Source: an uncultured Eubacteriales bacterium (lineage in GTDB: Bacteria; Acidobacteriota; Aminicenantia; Aminicenantales; Saccharicenantaceae). From it: 64,000 nucleotides of DNA. The stretch is from the NCBI GenBank assembly GCA_964585685.1, contig CAZPEP010000044.1:5458-69457 (forward strand), in the 5' to 3' direction. Numbering within the stretch: position 1 is the first letter of the stretch; each line of letters starts with the position of its first letter. Positions 28,957 to 40,853 of this stretch are shown one piece after another. A program made the translations under genes and the position numbers. Below the pieces are notes generated by a model. The model did not search any database. It saw only the letters and a list, made by a program, of their open reading frames with translations, and was not told the origin of the DNA.

Positions 28957-29772
28957 TCAGACCTCCTCCGAGAACGAGTCGCGCAGCCTGTCGAAGACGG
29001 TGTACCCGATCACGAACAACAGCAGGCCGGCGAGGAGGGTGACGCCGAGCTTTTTCCAATGGATCAGTTCCCCGTAGAACAGGCAGCTCTGATAGCCGCT
29101 GATGATGTGGGTCATGGGATTAAGGTTGAGGAGGACGCTAAGGAAGTGCGATTTTTTGATGGCCGGCAGGTCGAGCGAGTAGATGATCGGCGTGGAGAAG
29201 AACCAGAAGGTGAGGAGATTGGCCAGGATGTCCTTTATGTCGCGAAAATGCACGGTGAGCGATGAGATGAGCAGGCTGAGCCCCAGGCAGAAGACATACT
29301 GGACCAGGATGACGACGGGCAAGAAGAGTATCCAGAGCGTAAACGACTTTCCCATGATTGGGATGAAGATGAGCAGGATGGGCAGACCGAACAGGAAATG
29401 GACGAGATTGCTCGTCACCGTGACCACGGGCAGGATCTCAGCCGGGAAAAGGATCTTCTTGATCAGGTTGCCGTTGATCATCAGGACGTTGGCCGATTCC
29501 AGGGACGATGAGGTGAACCAGGTCCAAGGCAGGACGCCGCAGAACATATATAGGGCATAAAGCCATGGCGTATCGCCGATGCTCAGGTCTTTGGGCTTGA
29601 GGATGAAGCCGAAGACGACCGTGTAGACGGTCATGAGGAGGAGGGGGTTAAAGAAGGACCAGAGGAAGCCCAGGACGGTGCCGCGATAACGGGCCTTGAG
29701 TTCCCGGCTGACCAGATTCTGGATGAGGACCCGGTACTTCCATACTCCCTTTAGGTTCCGAAACAGGTTCAT
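28957..29772 (-). CDS. wzm: ABC-2 type polysaccharide exporter permease
   Basis: 271 aa, 6 TM helices, ABC-2 family. Immediately adjacent to wzt. Confidence 0.8.
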   Translation of the reverse strand: MNLFRNLKGVWKYRVLIQNLVSRELKARYRGTVLGFLWSFFNPLLLMTVYTVVFGFILKPKDLSIGDTPWLYALYMFCGVLPWTWFTSSSLESANVLMINGNLIKKILFPAEILPVVTVTSNLVHFLFGLPILLIFIPIMGKSFTLWILFLPVVILVQYVFCLGLSLLISSLTVHFRDIKDILANLLTFWFFSTPIIYSLDLPAIKKSHFLSVLLNLNPMTHIISGYQSCLFYGELIHWKKLGVTLLAGLLLFVIGYTVFDRLRDSFSEEV

Positions 29773-30486
29773 GGCCCCGTCCTCCCGGAAAAGACCGCCT
29801 CAGCCTCGGCGGTGTACTCCCCGTCTCTGCCGTAGAGGATGAAGTGCGGAAGGACCCGTGTCTCAGGAGACTCGCGCCCGCACTCCACCAGGAAAAGATT
29901 GGCCGCTTGGCCCTCGCGCGGGCAAATGGGCCGGATGGCCTTGAGTTTCAGGTCATGCCCGTTCACAGCGTCTTCGAAGTCCTTTCTCCGCCTTTCCGGA
30001 TAGACGAAATAGGCCCGGCCGCCTCCTTTGAGGAAGGCCCGAGTCGCCCGCATTATATCAAAAATGTCGCCGTTAATCTCATGCTTGGCGACGCTCTTCT
30101 CCTCGCTCGCACTGAGCCGGCCGGTCCGGCCGCGGATATAGGGGGGATTGGCGAAGACGACGTCGAACCTCCGGCCGGGGTCCCACGTCCGGAAATCGGC
30201 CCGGACGACCTCGATCCGGTCTTCGAGCCCGTTGAGGATGACGTTCCGCCGGGCCAGGTCGGCCAGACCTTCCTGGATTTCAATGGCCGTGATGCGCGCG
30301 AACGGCTTGATGCTGAGCAGGATGGAAATGACACCGCTCCCCGTCCCCAGCTCGAGGAGCTCGTCGGACGGACGCGTCCTCACGAAGTCCGCGAGGAGCG
30401 GGGCATCCACCGAGAACCGGTACCCCTTCCGCCCCTGGAGGATGCGGAAGCGCCCGTGGTAGAAAGGGTCCAGGGTCTCGTCCCGG

Positions 30487-30512
<26 letters not shown>
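29769..30512 (-). CDS. N6-adenine-specific methyltransferase (tRNA m6A37 TrmN6/YfiC-like)
   Basis: SAM-binding LELGTGSG and catalytic VVFANPPY motifs. Confidence 0.6.
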
Positions 30513-32195
<1,683 letters not shown>

Positions 32196-32204
32196 TCATA
32201 AAGG

Positions 32205-33068
32205 CTATTTGGCCAGCGCATCGACCGCGGTCATGATCTCCAGAAGTTCCTTGGTGATCGTCGCCTGCCGGATCTTGTTCAGCACGAGGACAAGGTCCGT
32301 GATGAGGTCCCCGGCGTTCTTGGTGGCGTTGTCCATGGCCATCATCCGGGCCGCCTGTTCAGCCGCCTGAGACTCGCCGAGAGCGTGGAGAACCTGGCTC
32401 TCCACGTAGAGGGGCAGGACCGCCGCGACCAGCCCGGCGGCCTCGGGCTCCCAGTCGGACGGGGCGGCAGGGACCCCGTCGGTGGCCGGCGGCAAGGACA
32501 CCGGCAGTAGCCGGTCGACGACGATGCGGGGGGCGACGATGGACTTGAACTCGTTGTAAACGAGGTAGATCGCGTCGGTCCTTTGAAGGGCATAGAGCCT
32601 AATCAGGAACCCGGCGAGTTCCCGGACCTCGTCCCGGCCGAGCTTGTCCGTCCGTTCGGGATACGCCCGGTCGACGCGGAGGCGGGCCCTCCGGAACTCG
32701 TTGACGGCCTTTTTGCCTAAGAGGACGAGCCCCGGCTCGGCCGTCAGGGACTTTTCCTTGAGGAAGGACCGGGCCTTCGCCAGGAGGTTGGCGTTGAAAG
32801 CCCCGGCCAGGCCCTTGTCCGAAGTCACGATCACGACCTCGGCCTTCATCTCCCTCCGCTCGGCAAGCAGGGGATGGCCCTCCGCCCCCGCCAGGGAGGC
32901 GACCCGGGCGGCGATCTCGGGGAAGACGTGCCAATACGGCCTCGATTCGAGGACGTGCCTATGGGCATTTTTATACTTGACCATTGAGACGGTCTTCATC
33001 GCCTGGGTGATCTGCTGGCTGTTCCGGACGCTCCGGATGCGTCGGCGGAGGTTGATGAGGGTGGGCAC
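32205..33068 (-). CDS. atpG: ATP synthase F1 gamma subunit
   Basis: LINLRRRIRSVRNSQQITQAMKTV conserved N-terminus. Likely GTG start near 33068, just after the atpA stop. Confidence 0.9.
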   Translation of the reverse strand: MPTLINLRRRIRSVRNSQQITQAMKTVSMVKYKNAHRHVLESRPYWHVFPEIAARVASLAGAEGHPLLAERREMKAEVVIVTSDKGLAGAFNANLLAKARSFLKEKSLTAEPGLVLLGKKAVNEFRRARLRVDRAYPERTDKLGRDEVRELAGFLIRLYALQRTDAIYLVYNEFKSIVAPRIVVDRLLPVSLPPATDGVPAAPSDWEPEAAGLVAAVLPLYVESQVLHALGESQAAEQAARMMAMDNATKNAGDLITDLVLVLNKIRQATITKELLEIMTAVDALAK

Positions 33069-33069
33069 G

Positions 33070-34596
33070 CTATTTCGCCGCCGCTTTGAACCGGACGTTG
33101 AATTCGGCGAGGGCCGCTCCGATGTCCTCGTCAAGGGACGCGTCGATCTGCTTTTTCGTGGCGATCCGGGTCAGCAAGTCAGGCCGCTCCGCCTCGACGA
33201 ACGCGAAAAGCTTCTTTTCGTATTCCCGGACCCGGTCGAGACCGAAAACGTCGAGGAACCCGCGGTTACCGGCGTAAATAATGAGGACCTGCTTCTCCAC
33301 CGGGAGCGGGACGAACTGGTCCTGCTTGAGAATCTCGGTCAGTCGCACGCCCCTGTCGAGCTGGGCCTGACTCGTCTTATCGAGCTCCGTCCCGAACTGG
33401 GCGAATGTCTGGAGCTCGCGATACTGGGTCAGATCGAGCCGGAGCCTACCGGCAACCTGCTTCATGGCCTTGATCTGGGCGTTCCCGCCGACCCGAGAGA
33501 CCGAGATGCCGACATCGATGGCGGGCCGGATGCCCGAGTTGAAAAGCTCGGGAACGAGGTAGATCTGCCCGTCGGTGATGGAAATGACGTTGGTCGGGAT
33601 GTATCCTGAGACGTCCCCGGCCTGGGTCTCGATGATCGGCACGGCCGTGAGGGATCCGCCGCCCTGCTCGTCGTTGAGCTTGGCCGCCCGCTCGAGGAGT
33701 CGGGAGTGAAGATAGAAGACGTCGCCCGGGTAGGCCTCCCGTCCCGGTGGGCGCCTCAGGAGGAGGGAGATCTCGCGGTAGGCCGCGGCGTGCTTTGACA
33801 GGTCGTCGTAGATGATGAGGGCGTGCCCACCGTTGTCCCGGAAGTACTCGCCGATGGCGCAGCCCGAATAGGGGGCCAGGTACTGGAGGGGGGACGGGTC
33901 GCTGGCCGAGGACGCGACGACGATGGTGTACTCCATAGCCCCATGGTCCTCGAGGCTCTTGACGATCTGGGCGATCGTCGAGTTCTTCTGGCCGATAGCA
34001 ACGTAGACGCAGATGACGCCGGAGCCCTTCTGATTGAGGATCGTGTCGGTGGCGATGACGGTCTTGCCGGTCTGGCGGTCGCCGATGATGAGCTCGCGCT
34101 GGCCGCGCCCGATAGGGATGATGGCGTCGATGGCCTTGATGCCCGTCTGGAGGGGCTCCCGTACCGGTTGGCGCTCCACGACGCCAGGGGCGAGCCGTTC
34201 GATGGCCATGTAGACGTCGGTCCTGATGGGGCCCTTCCCGTCCAGCGGCTTCCCCAGGGGATTGACCACGCGGCCGATGAGGGCCGGCCCGGCGGGAACC
34301 TGCATGATCTTATGGGTCCTCTTGACCACGTCGCCTTCCCTGACGAGGGAACTCTCGCCGAGGAGGACGGCCCCTACGCTTTCCTCCTCCAGGTTCAGGG
34401 CGATCCCGAAAACGCCCTGGGGGAACTCGAGCAGTTCGTTGTACATCGCGTGGTCTAGACCATGGATCCGGGCGATGCCGTCGCCGACCGAGGTCACCGT
34501 CCCGACCTCCCGGATGTCGACGTAGCTCTCGTAGCCCTCGATCTGGCGCTGGATGATTTTCGTGATCTCGTCGGCTTTGATGTCCATGGTCGTCAC
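33070..34596 (-). CDS. atpA: ATP synthase F1 alpha subunit
   Basis: GDRQTGKT P-loop and conserved alpha-subunit sequence. Confidence 0.95.
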   Translation of the reverse strand: MTTMDIKADEITKIIQRQIEGYESYVDIREVGTVTSVGDGIARIHGLDHAMYNELLEFPQGVFGIALNLEEESVGAVLLGESSLVREGDVVKRTHKIMQVPAGPALIGRVVNPLGKPLDGKGPIRTDVYMAIERLAPGVVERQPVREPLQTGIKAIDAIIPIGRGQRELIIGDRQTGKTVIATDTILNQKGSGVICVYVAIGQKNSTIAQIVKSLEDHGAMEYTIVVASSASDPSPLQYLAPYSGCAIGEYFRDNGGHALIIYDDLSKHAAAYREISLLLRRPPGREAYPGDVFYLHSRLLERAAKLNDEQGGGSLTAVPIIETQAGDVSGYIPTNVISITDGQIYLVPELFNSGIRPAIDVGISVSRVGGNAQIKAMKQVAGRLRLDLTQYRELQTFAQFGTELDKTSQAQLDRGVRLTEILKQDQFVPLPVEKQVLIIYAGNRGFLDVFGLDRVREYEKKLFAFVEAERPDLLTRIATKKQIDASLDEDIGAALAEFNVRFKAAAK

Positions 34597-35138
34597 TGCC
34601 CTTCCGTGATCTTTTCCTTGAGCCTGAGGAGGTCGCCCGCGACCGAGGCGTCGTAGACGATGTTCCCCTTCCGGAGGGCCAGCCCCCCGATGATCCCTGG
34701 GTCGATCCGGTAGCCCAGGCTCACCGGCCTTCCCTCCAGGCGCTCGAGGGCCGCCTCCAGGCGGACCTTCTGATCGTCCGTCAGCGGGACGACTGAAGAG
34801 ACCTCGAGTGTCGCAACCCCCCGTCTCTCGTTCCAGGCCTCGGGAGCGCCAGTCACGATCTCCGGGAGGAGCTCCAGCCGCCCGTGCTCTGCGAGGAGGA
34901 GGACGAGCCGGACGGTCTTGTCCAGGGCGCTCGCCCTTTCGAGGACCTCGCGGACGATCCCGGCCTTCTTCCGGGCGTTCATAAAGGGGTTCACCAGGGC
35001 CCGCCGGAGGTCGTCCCGGTCCCGGACCAGGCCGGCGAAGCCCTCGAGCTCCCCGAGGGCCCGGCGGAACTCGGCCCCGTCCGCTAGGGCGGCAACAAGC
35101 CCCTGGGTATACTTCTTAACCAGAATGGGATTTTTCAT
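34593..35138 (-). CDS. atpH: ATP synthase F1 delta subunit (OSCP)
   Basis: 181 aa, OSCP-like. Overlaps the atpA start by 4 nt. Confidence 0.8.
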   Translation of the reverse strand: MKNPILVKKYTQGLVAALADGAEFRRALGELEGFAGLVRDRDDLRRALVNPFMNARKKAGIVREVLERASALDKTVRLVLLLAEHGRLELLPEIVTGAPEAWNERRGVATLEVSSVVPLTDDQKVRLEAALERLEGRPVSLGYRIDPGIIGGLALRKGNIVYDASVAGDLLRLKEKITEGQ

Positions 35139-35700
35139 TCAGCCTGGAAAGCCTTTCAATGGACTTGTCGACGAGCGCGCCCTGATCCCCCGCGGTGAGC
35201 CCTTTGCGGATCCTCTCCCGGGCGATCGAGGTCGCGGCTTCGGCGACGAAAGCTTTGAGCTCCCGGACGGCGGTCTTGGCCTGGGCGTCAATCTCCCTCC
35301 CGGCAAGGTCCCTGAGCCGAGCGCCCTCCTCGTCGGCCGCCCGCGCGATCCGTTCCTTCTCGAGCCGCCCGCGCGAAGCGGCCTCCGCCTTCATTCGCCC
35401 GATCTCGGCGGCGACGCCGTCCAGCCTCGTCCCGGCCGCCGCGCGCTTCTCCTCGGCCTCGACCCGGGAGGCATGAGCCTCGTCGAGGGAACGCCTGACG
35501 TCCGCCGATCGCTTTTCGAGGAGCGTCCGGACGGGCTTGTGGAGGAGAAAGCCCAGCCCGCCGAAGAGGATGAGGAAATTGACAACCTTCCCCAGGAAAT
35601 TCATGGGGGCTGCCGGGCGCCCGCCTTCCTCGGGGCTCGCCCCCATAAAGAGGAGCGCGAGGAGGATGATTGCGGCGGGTCCGATCTTCTTGAGCTTCAA
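35116..35700 (-). CDS. atpF: ATP synthase Fo subunit b
   Basis: N-terminal TM helix followed by a long charged helix (EAEEKRAAA ...). Confidence 0.75.
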   Translation of the reverse strand: MKLKKIGPAAIILLALLFMGASPEEGGRPAAPMNFLGKVVNFLILFGGLGFLLHKPVRTLLEKRSADVRRSLDEAHASRVEAEEKRAAAGTRLDGVAAEIGRMKAEAASRGRLEKERIARAADEEGARLRDLAGREIDAQAKTAVRELKAFVAEAATSIARERIRKGLTAGDQGALVDKSIERLSRLNEKSHSG

Positions 35701-36113
35701 TGCGCGACCTTCTTTTCGATGATGTCAGCCAAGCGCCCAGCTTCGCCCTCGAGCTGGTCCTTGAGCCGGCGGACCTGGTCCTCGATCTCGGCCTTAGCCT
35801 TCTCGATCCGGTCTCGGGCGTCCGCCTGGACCTCGGAGATGATTCGAGCCTTTTCCCCGAGGGCCTGGGCCTCGAGCTCCTCCCTGAGCCGTTCGGAGGA
35901 AGCCCGGGCCTCCTTAATCTCATCCTCGATCCGGCGGAGGTCCAGCTCGCCGGCCTCCAAGGCCTCCCGGGTCGCTTCTCTGTCCGCGGACTCGCTGGCT
36001 CGCCGTTTCTCCATGATCCGGCCCACAGGTTTGAAGAACACCCGGGTCAGGACGAGGACGAGGATCCAGACCAGGAGGAAGATGACGATGAACGTAAGAT
36101 CGATGGCCAACAT
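35697..36113 (-). CDS. ATP synthase Fo subunit b' (second b-type subunit)
   Basis: 138 aa. TM helix plus charged coiled helix. Precedes atpF with a 4-nt overlap. Confidence 0.7.
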   Translation of the reverse strand: MLAIDLTFIVIFLLVWILVLVLTRVFFKPVGRIMEKRRASESADREATREALEAGELDLRRIEDEIKEARASSERLREELEAQALGEKARIISEVQADARDRIEKAKAEIEDQVRRLKDQLEGEAGRLADIIEKKVAH

Positions 36114-36203
36114 GTCATTTTCCTGTCCGTAAGCGAAAAAAATGTAACATTTTCAGGCCGAAAAAGCAACTCGCCCCCCCGGCACCGCCCGTCCCGCCGG
36201 GGA

Positions 36204-37502
36204 TCAGGGCTCTCCGCGGGGAAGCGCCCTCTTGATTTCCCCGACGAGGAACAGGGAGCCTGCCGCCAGGATGGGCGTCCGCGCCCCGGCGAGGCGCTTG
36301 GCCAGTTCCAGGGCCTTCCCGACGTCCGGCTCGGTCAGAATATTGTCCCGGCGCCCCTTCCAGCAGCGGAGCACCTCCTCCGGTTCCGCCGCCCGGGCCA
36401 TCGGGACCCTCGTCAGGATGACCGTCCGGGCCAGGGGGAATAGGGGCGCGGCGATCGCCCGGATGTCCTTGTCCTTCATCGAGTCAAAGATCAGAATGAC
36501 CGGTTTCCGGACGATGTCGCGGACATAGGCGGCGAGCGCGGCGGCGCCCTCGGGGTTGTGGGCTCCGTCCAGGATGACCAGCGGCTTCAGGCCGATCCTC
36601 TCGAGGCGGCCTTCCCAATGGGTGCGGCCGACGGCCTCGACCGTCTTCCGTCGATCAAGCGGCCTCCAGACCCGGCCGAGGACCTCGGCCGCCCGAATGG
36701 TCACGGCCGCGTTCTCGCCCTGATGGAACCCCGGGAGGGACGGCTTGAATTCGTATCGGGTTCGTCCCGTGTTATATGCGAACTTGAAACCGCCCTTCGC
36801 CGGGCGGGAGGCGAAAGCCGTTCCGGGGCCGAAGACCTCGATGACGGGAGCCCGGAGTTCCCGGGCCCGCCGGCGGATCACCCTCAGGGCCGTTCCCTCG
36901 CGGACGCCGCAGACGAGCGGGACGCTTTCCTTGATGATCCCCGCCTTCTCGAAGGCGACCTCTCCCAGCGTGCGCCCCAGGTAATTCTGATGGTCCATGG
37001 ATACGGTCGTGATGACGGACAGAAGAGGCGTCACCGCGTTTGTGGCGTCGAACCTCCCGCCCATGCCGACCTCAAGGACCGCGAAGTCGACGGCTTCTTC
37101 TGCGAAATGGACCAGGGCCGCCGCCGTGAGGACCTCGAAGTACGTCGGCGGGTGGACGAGGCCCCCGGAGACAAGGAGCGCTTCGGCCCCTTTCCTGACG
37201 GCCGCAAGGGTGCGGCAGAAGTCCTTTTCGGGAATGATGTCGTCGCCGATCCGGATCCGCTCCTCGACGCTGACGAGATGGGGGGACGTGTACAGACCGG
37301 TCCGGAAGCCATGGTCTGACAGGATGCGGGCGAGCATGGCGGCGACCGACCCCTTTCCGTTCGTCCCTGCGATTAGGGCGGAAGGGAACCTCCGGTCGGG
37401 ATCCCCGAGGGACCCGAGAAGCGCCCGGATGTTTTCGAGGCCGAGCTTGATCCCGAACCGCTGGAGGGATTTCAGGTACTCGAGGCACCGCCCATGGGTC
37501 AT
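36204..37502 (-). CDS. folC: Folylpolyglutamate synthase / dihydrofolate synthase
   Basis: Mur-ligase P-loop AGTNGKGSV and FolC-type C-terminal domain. ATGA overlap with the accD stop. Confidence 0.85.
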   Translation of the reverse strand: MTHGRCLEYLKSLQRFGIKLGLENIRALLGSLGDPDRRFPSALIAGTNGKGSVAAMLARILSDHGFRTGLYTSPHLVSVEERIRIGDDIIPEKDFCRTLAAVRKGAEALLVSGGLVHPPTYFEVLTAAALVHFAEEAVDFAVLEVGMGGRFDATNAVTPLLSVITTVSMDHQNYLGRTLGEVAFEKAGIIKESVPLVCGVREGTALRVIRRRARELRAPVIEVFGPGTAFASRPAKGGFKFAYNTGRTRYEFKPSLPGFHQGENAAVTIRAAEVLGRVWRPLDRRKTVEAVGRTHWEGRLERIGLKPLVILDGAHNPEGAAALAAYVRDIVRKPVILIFDSMKDKDIRAIAAPLFPLARTVILTRVPMARAAEPEEVLRCWKGRRDNILTEPDVGKALELAKRLAGARTPILAAGSLFLVGEIKRALPRGEP

Positions 37503-38293
37503 TGGGCCCTGTTCAAGAAGAGGCGGAGCGCCCGGATGAGGTAGTCCCTAAGCTTCTTCCGGTCAACAACGTCGTCGACCATGCCGTGCTCGAGGAGGAA
37601 TTCCGACCTCTGAAACCCCTTGGGGAGCTTCTCCTTGATGGTCTGTTCGATGACCCTGGGGCCGGCGAAGCCGATCAAGGCCTGCGGCTCAGCGACGTTG
37701 ATGTCGCCCAGCATGGCGAAGCTCGCCGTCGTCCCGCCGGTCGTCGGGTCGGCCAGGACGGAGATGAAAGGGACCTTCGCCTCGCCCATCCGGGCGATCG
37801 CAGCGCTCGTCTTCATCATCTGCATCAGGGACATCATGCCTTCCTGCATTCTCATGCCGCCGGAACAGGAGACGATGATCACGGGGCGCCGCTCCTCGAC
37901 GGCCCTTTCGCAGGCACGGGCGATCTTCTCGCCGACGACCGACGCCACGCTGCCGCCCATGAAACCGAACTCCATGGCCAGGACGTAGACGGGGATGCCG
38001 CCCATCGTCCCCCGGGCCGTCTGAATGGCCTCGGAGAGGCCCGTGCGTGCCTGGCTGTCAGCGAGCCGCCGGGCGTATTTCTGGGTATCCTCGAAGCCCA
38101 GAAAATCGACCGGGAAGATGTTCTCGTCGAGCGTCTCGTACCGGCCGTCGTCGAACAGCATCCTGAGTCGCTCCGTCGAGGAGATCCGGAAGTGGAAATT
38201 GCAGGCGGGGCAGACGGAGAAATTGTCCAAAATATCCTGCTTATAGAGGATGCGCTGGCAGGAATTGCATCGGGTCCAGAGGCTGTCGTTCAT
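37499..38293 (-). CDS. accD: Acetyl-CoA carboxylase carboxyltransferase beta subunit
   Basis: N-terminal Zn-ribbon CNSCQ ... CPAC. Conserved carboxyltransferase core. Real start at MNDSLW (about 38293); the ORF-track start 38533 is over-extended. Confidence 0.9.
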   Translation of the reverse strand: MNDSLWTRCNSCQRILYKQDILDNFSVCPACNFHFRISSTERLRMLFDDGRYETLDENIFPVDFLGFEDTQKYARRLADSQARTGLSEAIQTARGTMGGIPVYVLAMEFGFMGGSVASVVGEKIARACERAVEERRPVIIVSCSGGMRMQEGMMSLMQMMKTSAAIARMGEAKVPFISVLADPTTGGTTASFAMLGDINVAEPQALIGFAGPRVIEQTIKEKLPKGFQRSEFLLEHGMVDDVVDRKKLRDYLIRALRLFLNRAQ

Positions 38294-38312
38294 GGTCCCT
38301 CTCTCGGCCGGC

Positions 38313-38810
38313 TCAGGCGGACACGTCTTTCTCTCGGACGGTTTTGTCCTTCGTCCGGGATGGCTTCGGCTTGATCTTCTGGGATAGGCCCTCGATGACA
38401 GCATCGGAGTCGGGGAGATCCTCTTCGATATCCTCCTCGTCGTGGAGGAGCTGCATGACCGAAGCGACGAACTTATCCGGGTCGACAGGCTTTTCAAAAT
38501 AGTCGGCGGCGCCGAAGGACGACAGGGCTTCATGCTTGTACTGGGGCCCCCTATAAAGCCCTGTGACGATGATCACCGGAACGCGCCCCCCCGACTCCTG
38601 GGAAATTTTCTTGGTCAGGTCGAAGCCGTGGATCTTGGGGAGGATGGCTTCCAAGACGACGAGGTCGGGCTTCTCGGACTTGAACTTATCGTAGGCCGCC
38701 TGCCCGTCCGCGGCCTTGATGATCTGGACCTTCTGCGTTTTCAGAAGCTTGACCATCGCCTCGAGGCTCACGCTGTCGTAATCGACGATGAGAACTTTTT
38801 TCCCGATCAT
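38313..38810 (-). CDS. Stand-alone receiver (REC) domain protein with Glu at the phospho-acceptor position
   Basis: MIGKKVLIVDYD ... KPDLVVLE(54)AILP ... VIIVTG ... FEKP. The canonical Asp of the LVVLD motif is Glu. Real start at MIGKK (about 38810). Confidence 0.7.
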   Translation of the reverse strand: MIGKKVLIVDYDSVSLEAMVKLLKTQKVQIIKAADGQAAYDKFKSEKPDLVVLEAILPKIHGFDLTKKISQESGGRVPVIIVTGLYRGPQYKHEALSSFGAADYFEKPVDPDKFVASVMQLLHDEEDIEEDLPDSDAVIEGLSQKIKPKPSRTKDKTVREKDVSA

Positions 38811-38963
38811 GGCGCACCGCGTCCGATTGTATTTAAATTGGTCACGGATGTCAACGAACCCCGGGGCCTGCGGCGGCAACATGACGGGTGCCAAGGGGCG
38901 TATGGCGGGAACGGGTGACATAGGATAAAATGGCCCTGGTAGACTCGGTATCGAGGGACAGGA

Positions 38964-40517
38964 ATGCACCAGGCTTCGCAAACGGGAGCGTATATTGAAG
39001 AGATCTATGGGAAGCTGCTCGGCCGCAAGCCCGATAAAGAAGGTCTGGCCTACTACACCGGCAGGCTGGATCGGGGCGAGCTGACCCTGCCGGAATTCGT
39101 ACGCCAACTGAAAAATTCAACGGAGTACTGGCTGCGCCGTTTCCCCGGGGATATCCCACGACGAACCCTGGAAAATACAGTACTGAACGACCGCGAGACC
39201 CGGGAAAAAAGAACCGTCCTACAGTCCCGGCCCTATATCTTTAACATCGACTTGATCGGGATCTGCAATATGATCCCGCCCTGCAGCATGTGTTACAATT
39301 GGAAAAACGGCGTGGGGCCGCGTCATCATCGCGGGCTGAAGATCAAAGAGATCAAGCGTTTCGGTGAGCACCTGGAGTTGGCCCACGAGGTGATCAACTG
39401 CGGCATCGGCGAGCCCCTTCTCAACCGCGAGTTGATCCCCATCCTGCAGCTTTTCTATAATTGGGGCAAACCCTTCGGCTTTAACACCAACGGCCTCGCC
39501 CTCAGCCCAGCCATGACCGAGCGTATGGTCCCGTATTTTGAGATTCTGACCATCCTCTTCTCCCTGGACGCCGCCACGGGGGAAACTTACGCTAAGGTCA
39601 GGGGCCGCTTTTTCGACCGCGTGGTGAAGAACATCGCCTATTATAGCGCCAGAAGGCGAGAAGTGGCGCCTGATGGGCTCGCCTCTAAGACCGGAATCGT
39701 TTTCATGCCCATGCGCTGTAACCGCCACGAGACGGCCGACTTTATCCGTTTAGGGGCTCGCCTGGGTGTCGACGTTGTAGAGCTCCGGGCTCTGAACCAG
39801 ATCAATGAAAACTGGGTCGTCCGTCGCGGCGACTTCACCTTTAACTACCAACAGGAGATTCTCACCCCGGCCGAACTCGAAGAGATCAGACAGGAGGCGG
39901 CGGAAGTCGCCGTCTCTGAAGGAGTTCGCCTGGATTGCCAGTATCAGGTATCCCCGGAGAGCACCTTTTTCTTTTTTATCCCGCCCCAATACCGGGATCT
40001 GGGCATCCGCTGCATCCTGCCCTGGCGTTTCATCCTGCCCTATCAGAACGGCAATACTGTCCCATGCTGCTTCATCTCTGACGATCTCGGCGACTGGCGC
40101 AAAACCGGCCTAGAAAAACTGTGGAACGGCCCGTTCATGCAGAAGCTGCGGGGCCAGATGGCCACGGGGAACCTGCCCGGTTTGTGCCGCCGTTTCCCCT
40201 CCTGCCCGGTGGTACAGGCCACGCTGTCCGAGGAAAAGCGCCTCCATTCCGGATCCGTTAGCCCGCCGGTCATTCCCCCGGCGATGGATATCTCCGCAAT
40301 GCAGCCGGCCTTGCGGATGAGGGCGTCGCAGAAGCAAACCTTTATGAAACATGCCGTCCATGCGTTGAGGAAACGCTTCAATTTGGAATTGAACCACAGC
40401 CTGGGCGAGCTGTTCGCACGCCAGGAGAAGATCAATCGCGACCTAGCCGAGGAGGTCGAACGCCTGAAGGCCGAGGTAGCGGAAGTGCGCCGGGAGAAGG
40501 ATAAACAGCAGGGCTGA
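38964..40517 (+). CDS. DUF4214 - radical SAM - SPASM-like domain protein with C-terminal coiled-coil module
   Basis: N-terminal DUF4214 signature (LLGRKPDKEGLAYYTGRLDRGELTLPEFVRQLKNSTEY). Cys cluster CNMIPPCSMC (CX5CX2C). C-terminal Cys-rich SPASM/twitch-like region (VPCCF ... CRRFPSCP). About 50-aa coiled-coil tail. Confidence 0.65.
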   Translation: MHQASQTGAYIEEIYGKLLGRKPDKEGLAYYTGRLDRGELTLPEFVRQLKNSTEYWLRRFPGDIPRRTLENTVLNDRETREKRTVLQSRPYIFNIDLIGICNMIPPCSMCYNWKNGVGPRHHRGLKIKEIKRFGEHLELAHEVINCGIGEPLLNRELIPILQLFYNWGKPFGFNTNGLALSPAMTERMVPYFEILTILFSLDAATGETYAKVRGRFFDRVVKNIAYYSARRREVAPDGLASKTGIVFMPMRCNRHETADFIRLGARLGVDVVELRALNQINENWVVRRGDFTFNYQQEILTPAELEEIRQEAAEVAVSEGVRLDCQYQVSPESTFFFFIPPQYRDLGIRCILPWRFILPYQNGNTVPCCFISDDLGDWRKTGLEKLWNGPFMQKLRGQMATGNLPGLCRRFPSCPVVQATLSEEKRLHSGSVSPPVIPPAMDISAMQPALRMRASQKQTFMKHAVHALRKRFNLELNHSLGELFARQEKINRDLAEEVERLKAEVAEVRREKDKQQG

Positions 40518-40556
40518 GCGATTGACTTTCCACGGGGCCTCTCATACAATCAGGCC

Positions 40557-40853
40557 ATGGAACGCCCGGAAATGCTTGCCCGCATTGCCGCGATCAAAGC
40601 CGAGGTCGACGCGGCCAACCCCGACATCATCCGCCGCCTGATCACCGGGCACCGCGTCTTCGTTCAGACATCGCACCGGGCCTCCCTTCCAGCCAGGCTG
40701 ATCAACAGCATCCGGCGGAAACTGCTCTTCGAGGTGGAGCGGGGGCTGGAGCCCGCGTTCGAGCGGCAGCGGGAGATCAACCTGCGCCTGCTCAAGGAGA
40801 TCGAGGCCCTTAAAGTGGCGCTGGAGCAAAAGGGGCATGGCGCCTGCGGCTGA
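40557..40853 (+). CDS. Small coiled-coil protein (98 aa) carrying the recurrent RQ-x2-IN ... EIE-x-LK module
   Basis: Same strand and operon context as flanking genes. C-terminal motif matches the tail of the preceding rSAM enzyme and the 43121..43648 protein. Confidence 0.45.
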   Translation: MERPEMLARIAAIKAEVDAANPDIIRRLITGHRVFVQTSHRASLPARLINSIRRKLLFEVERGLEPAFERQREINLRLLKEIEALKVALEQKGHGACG

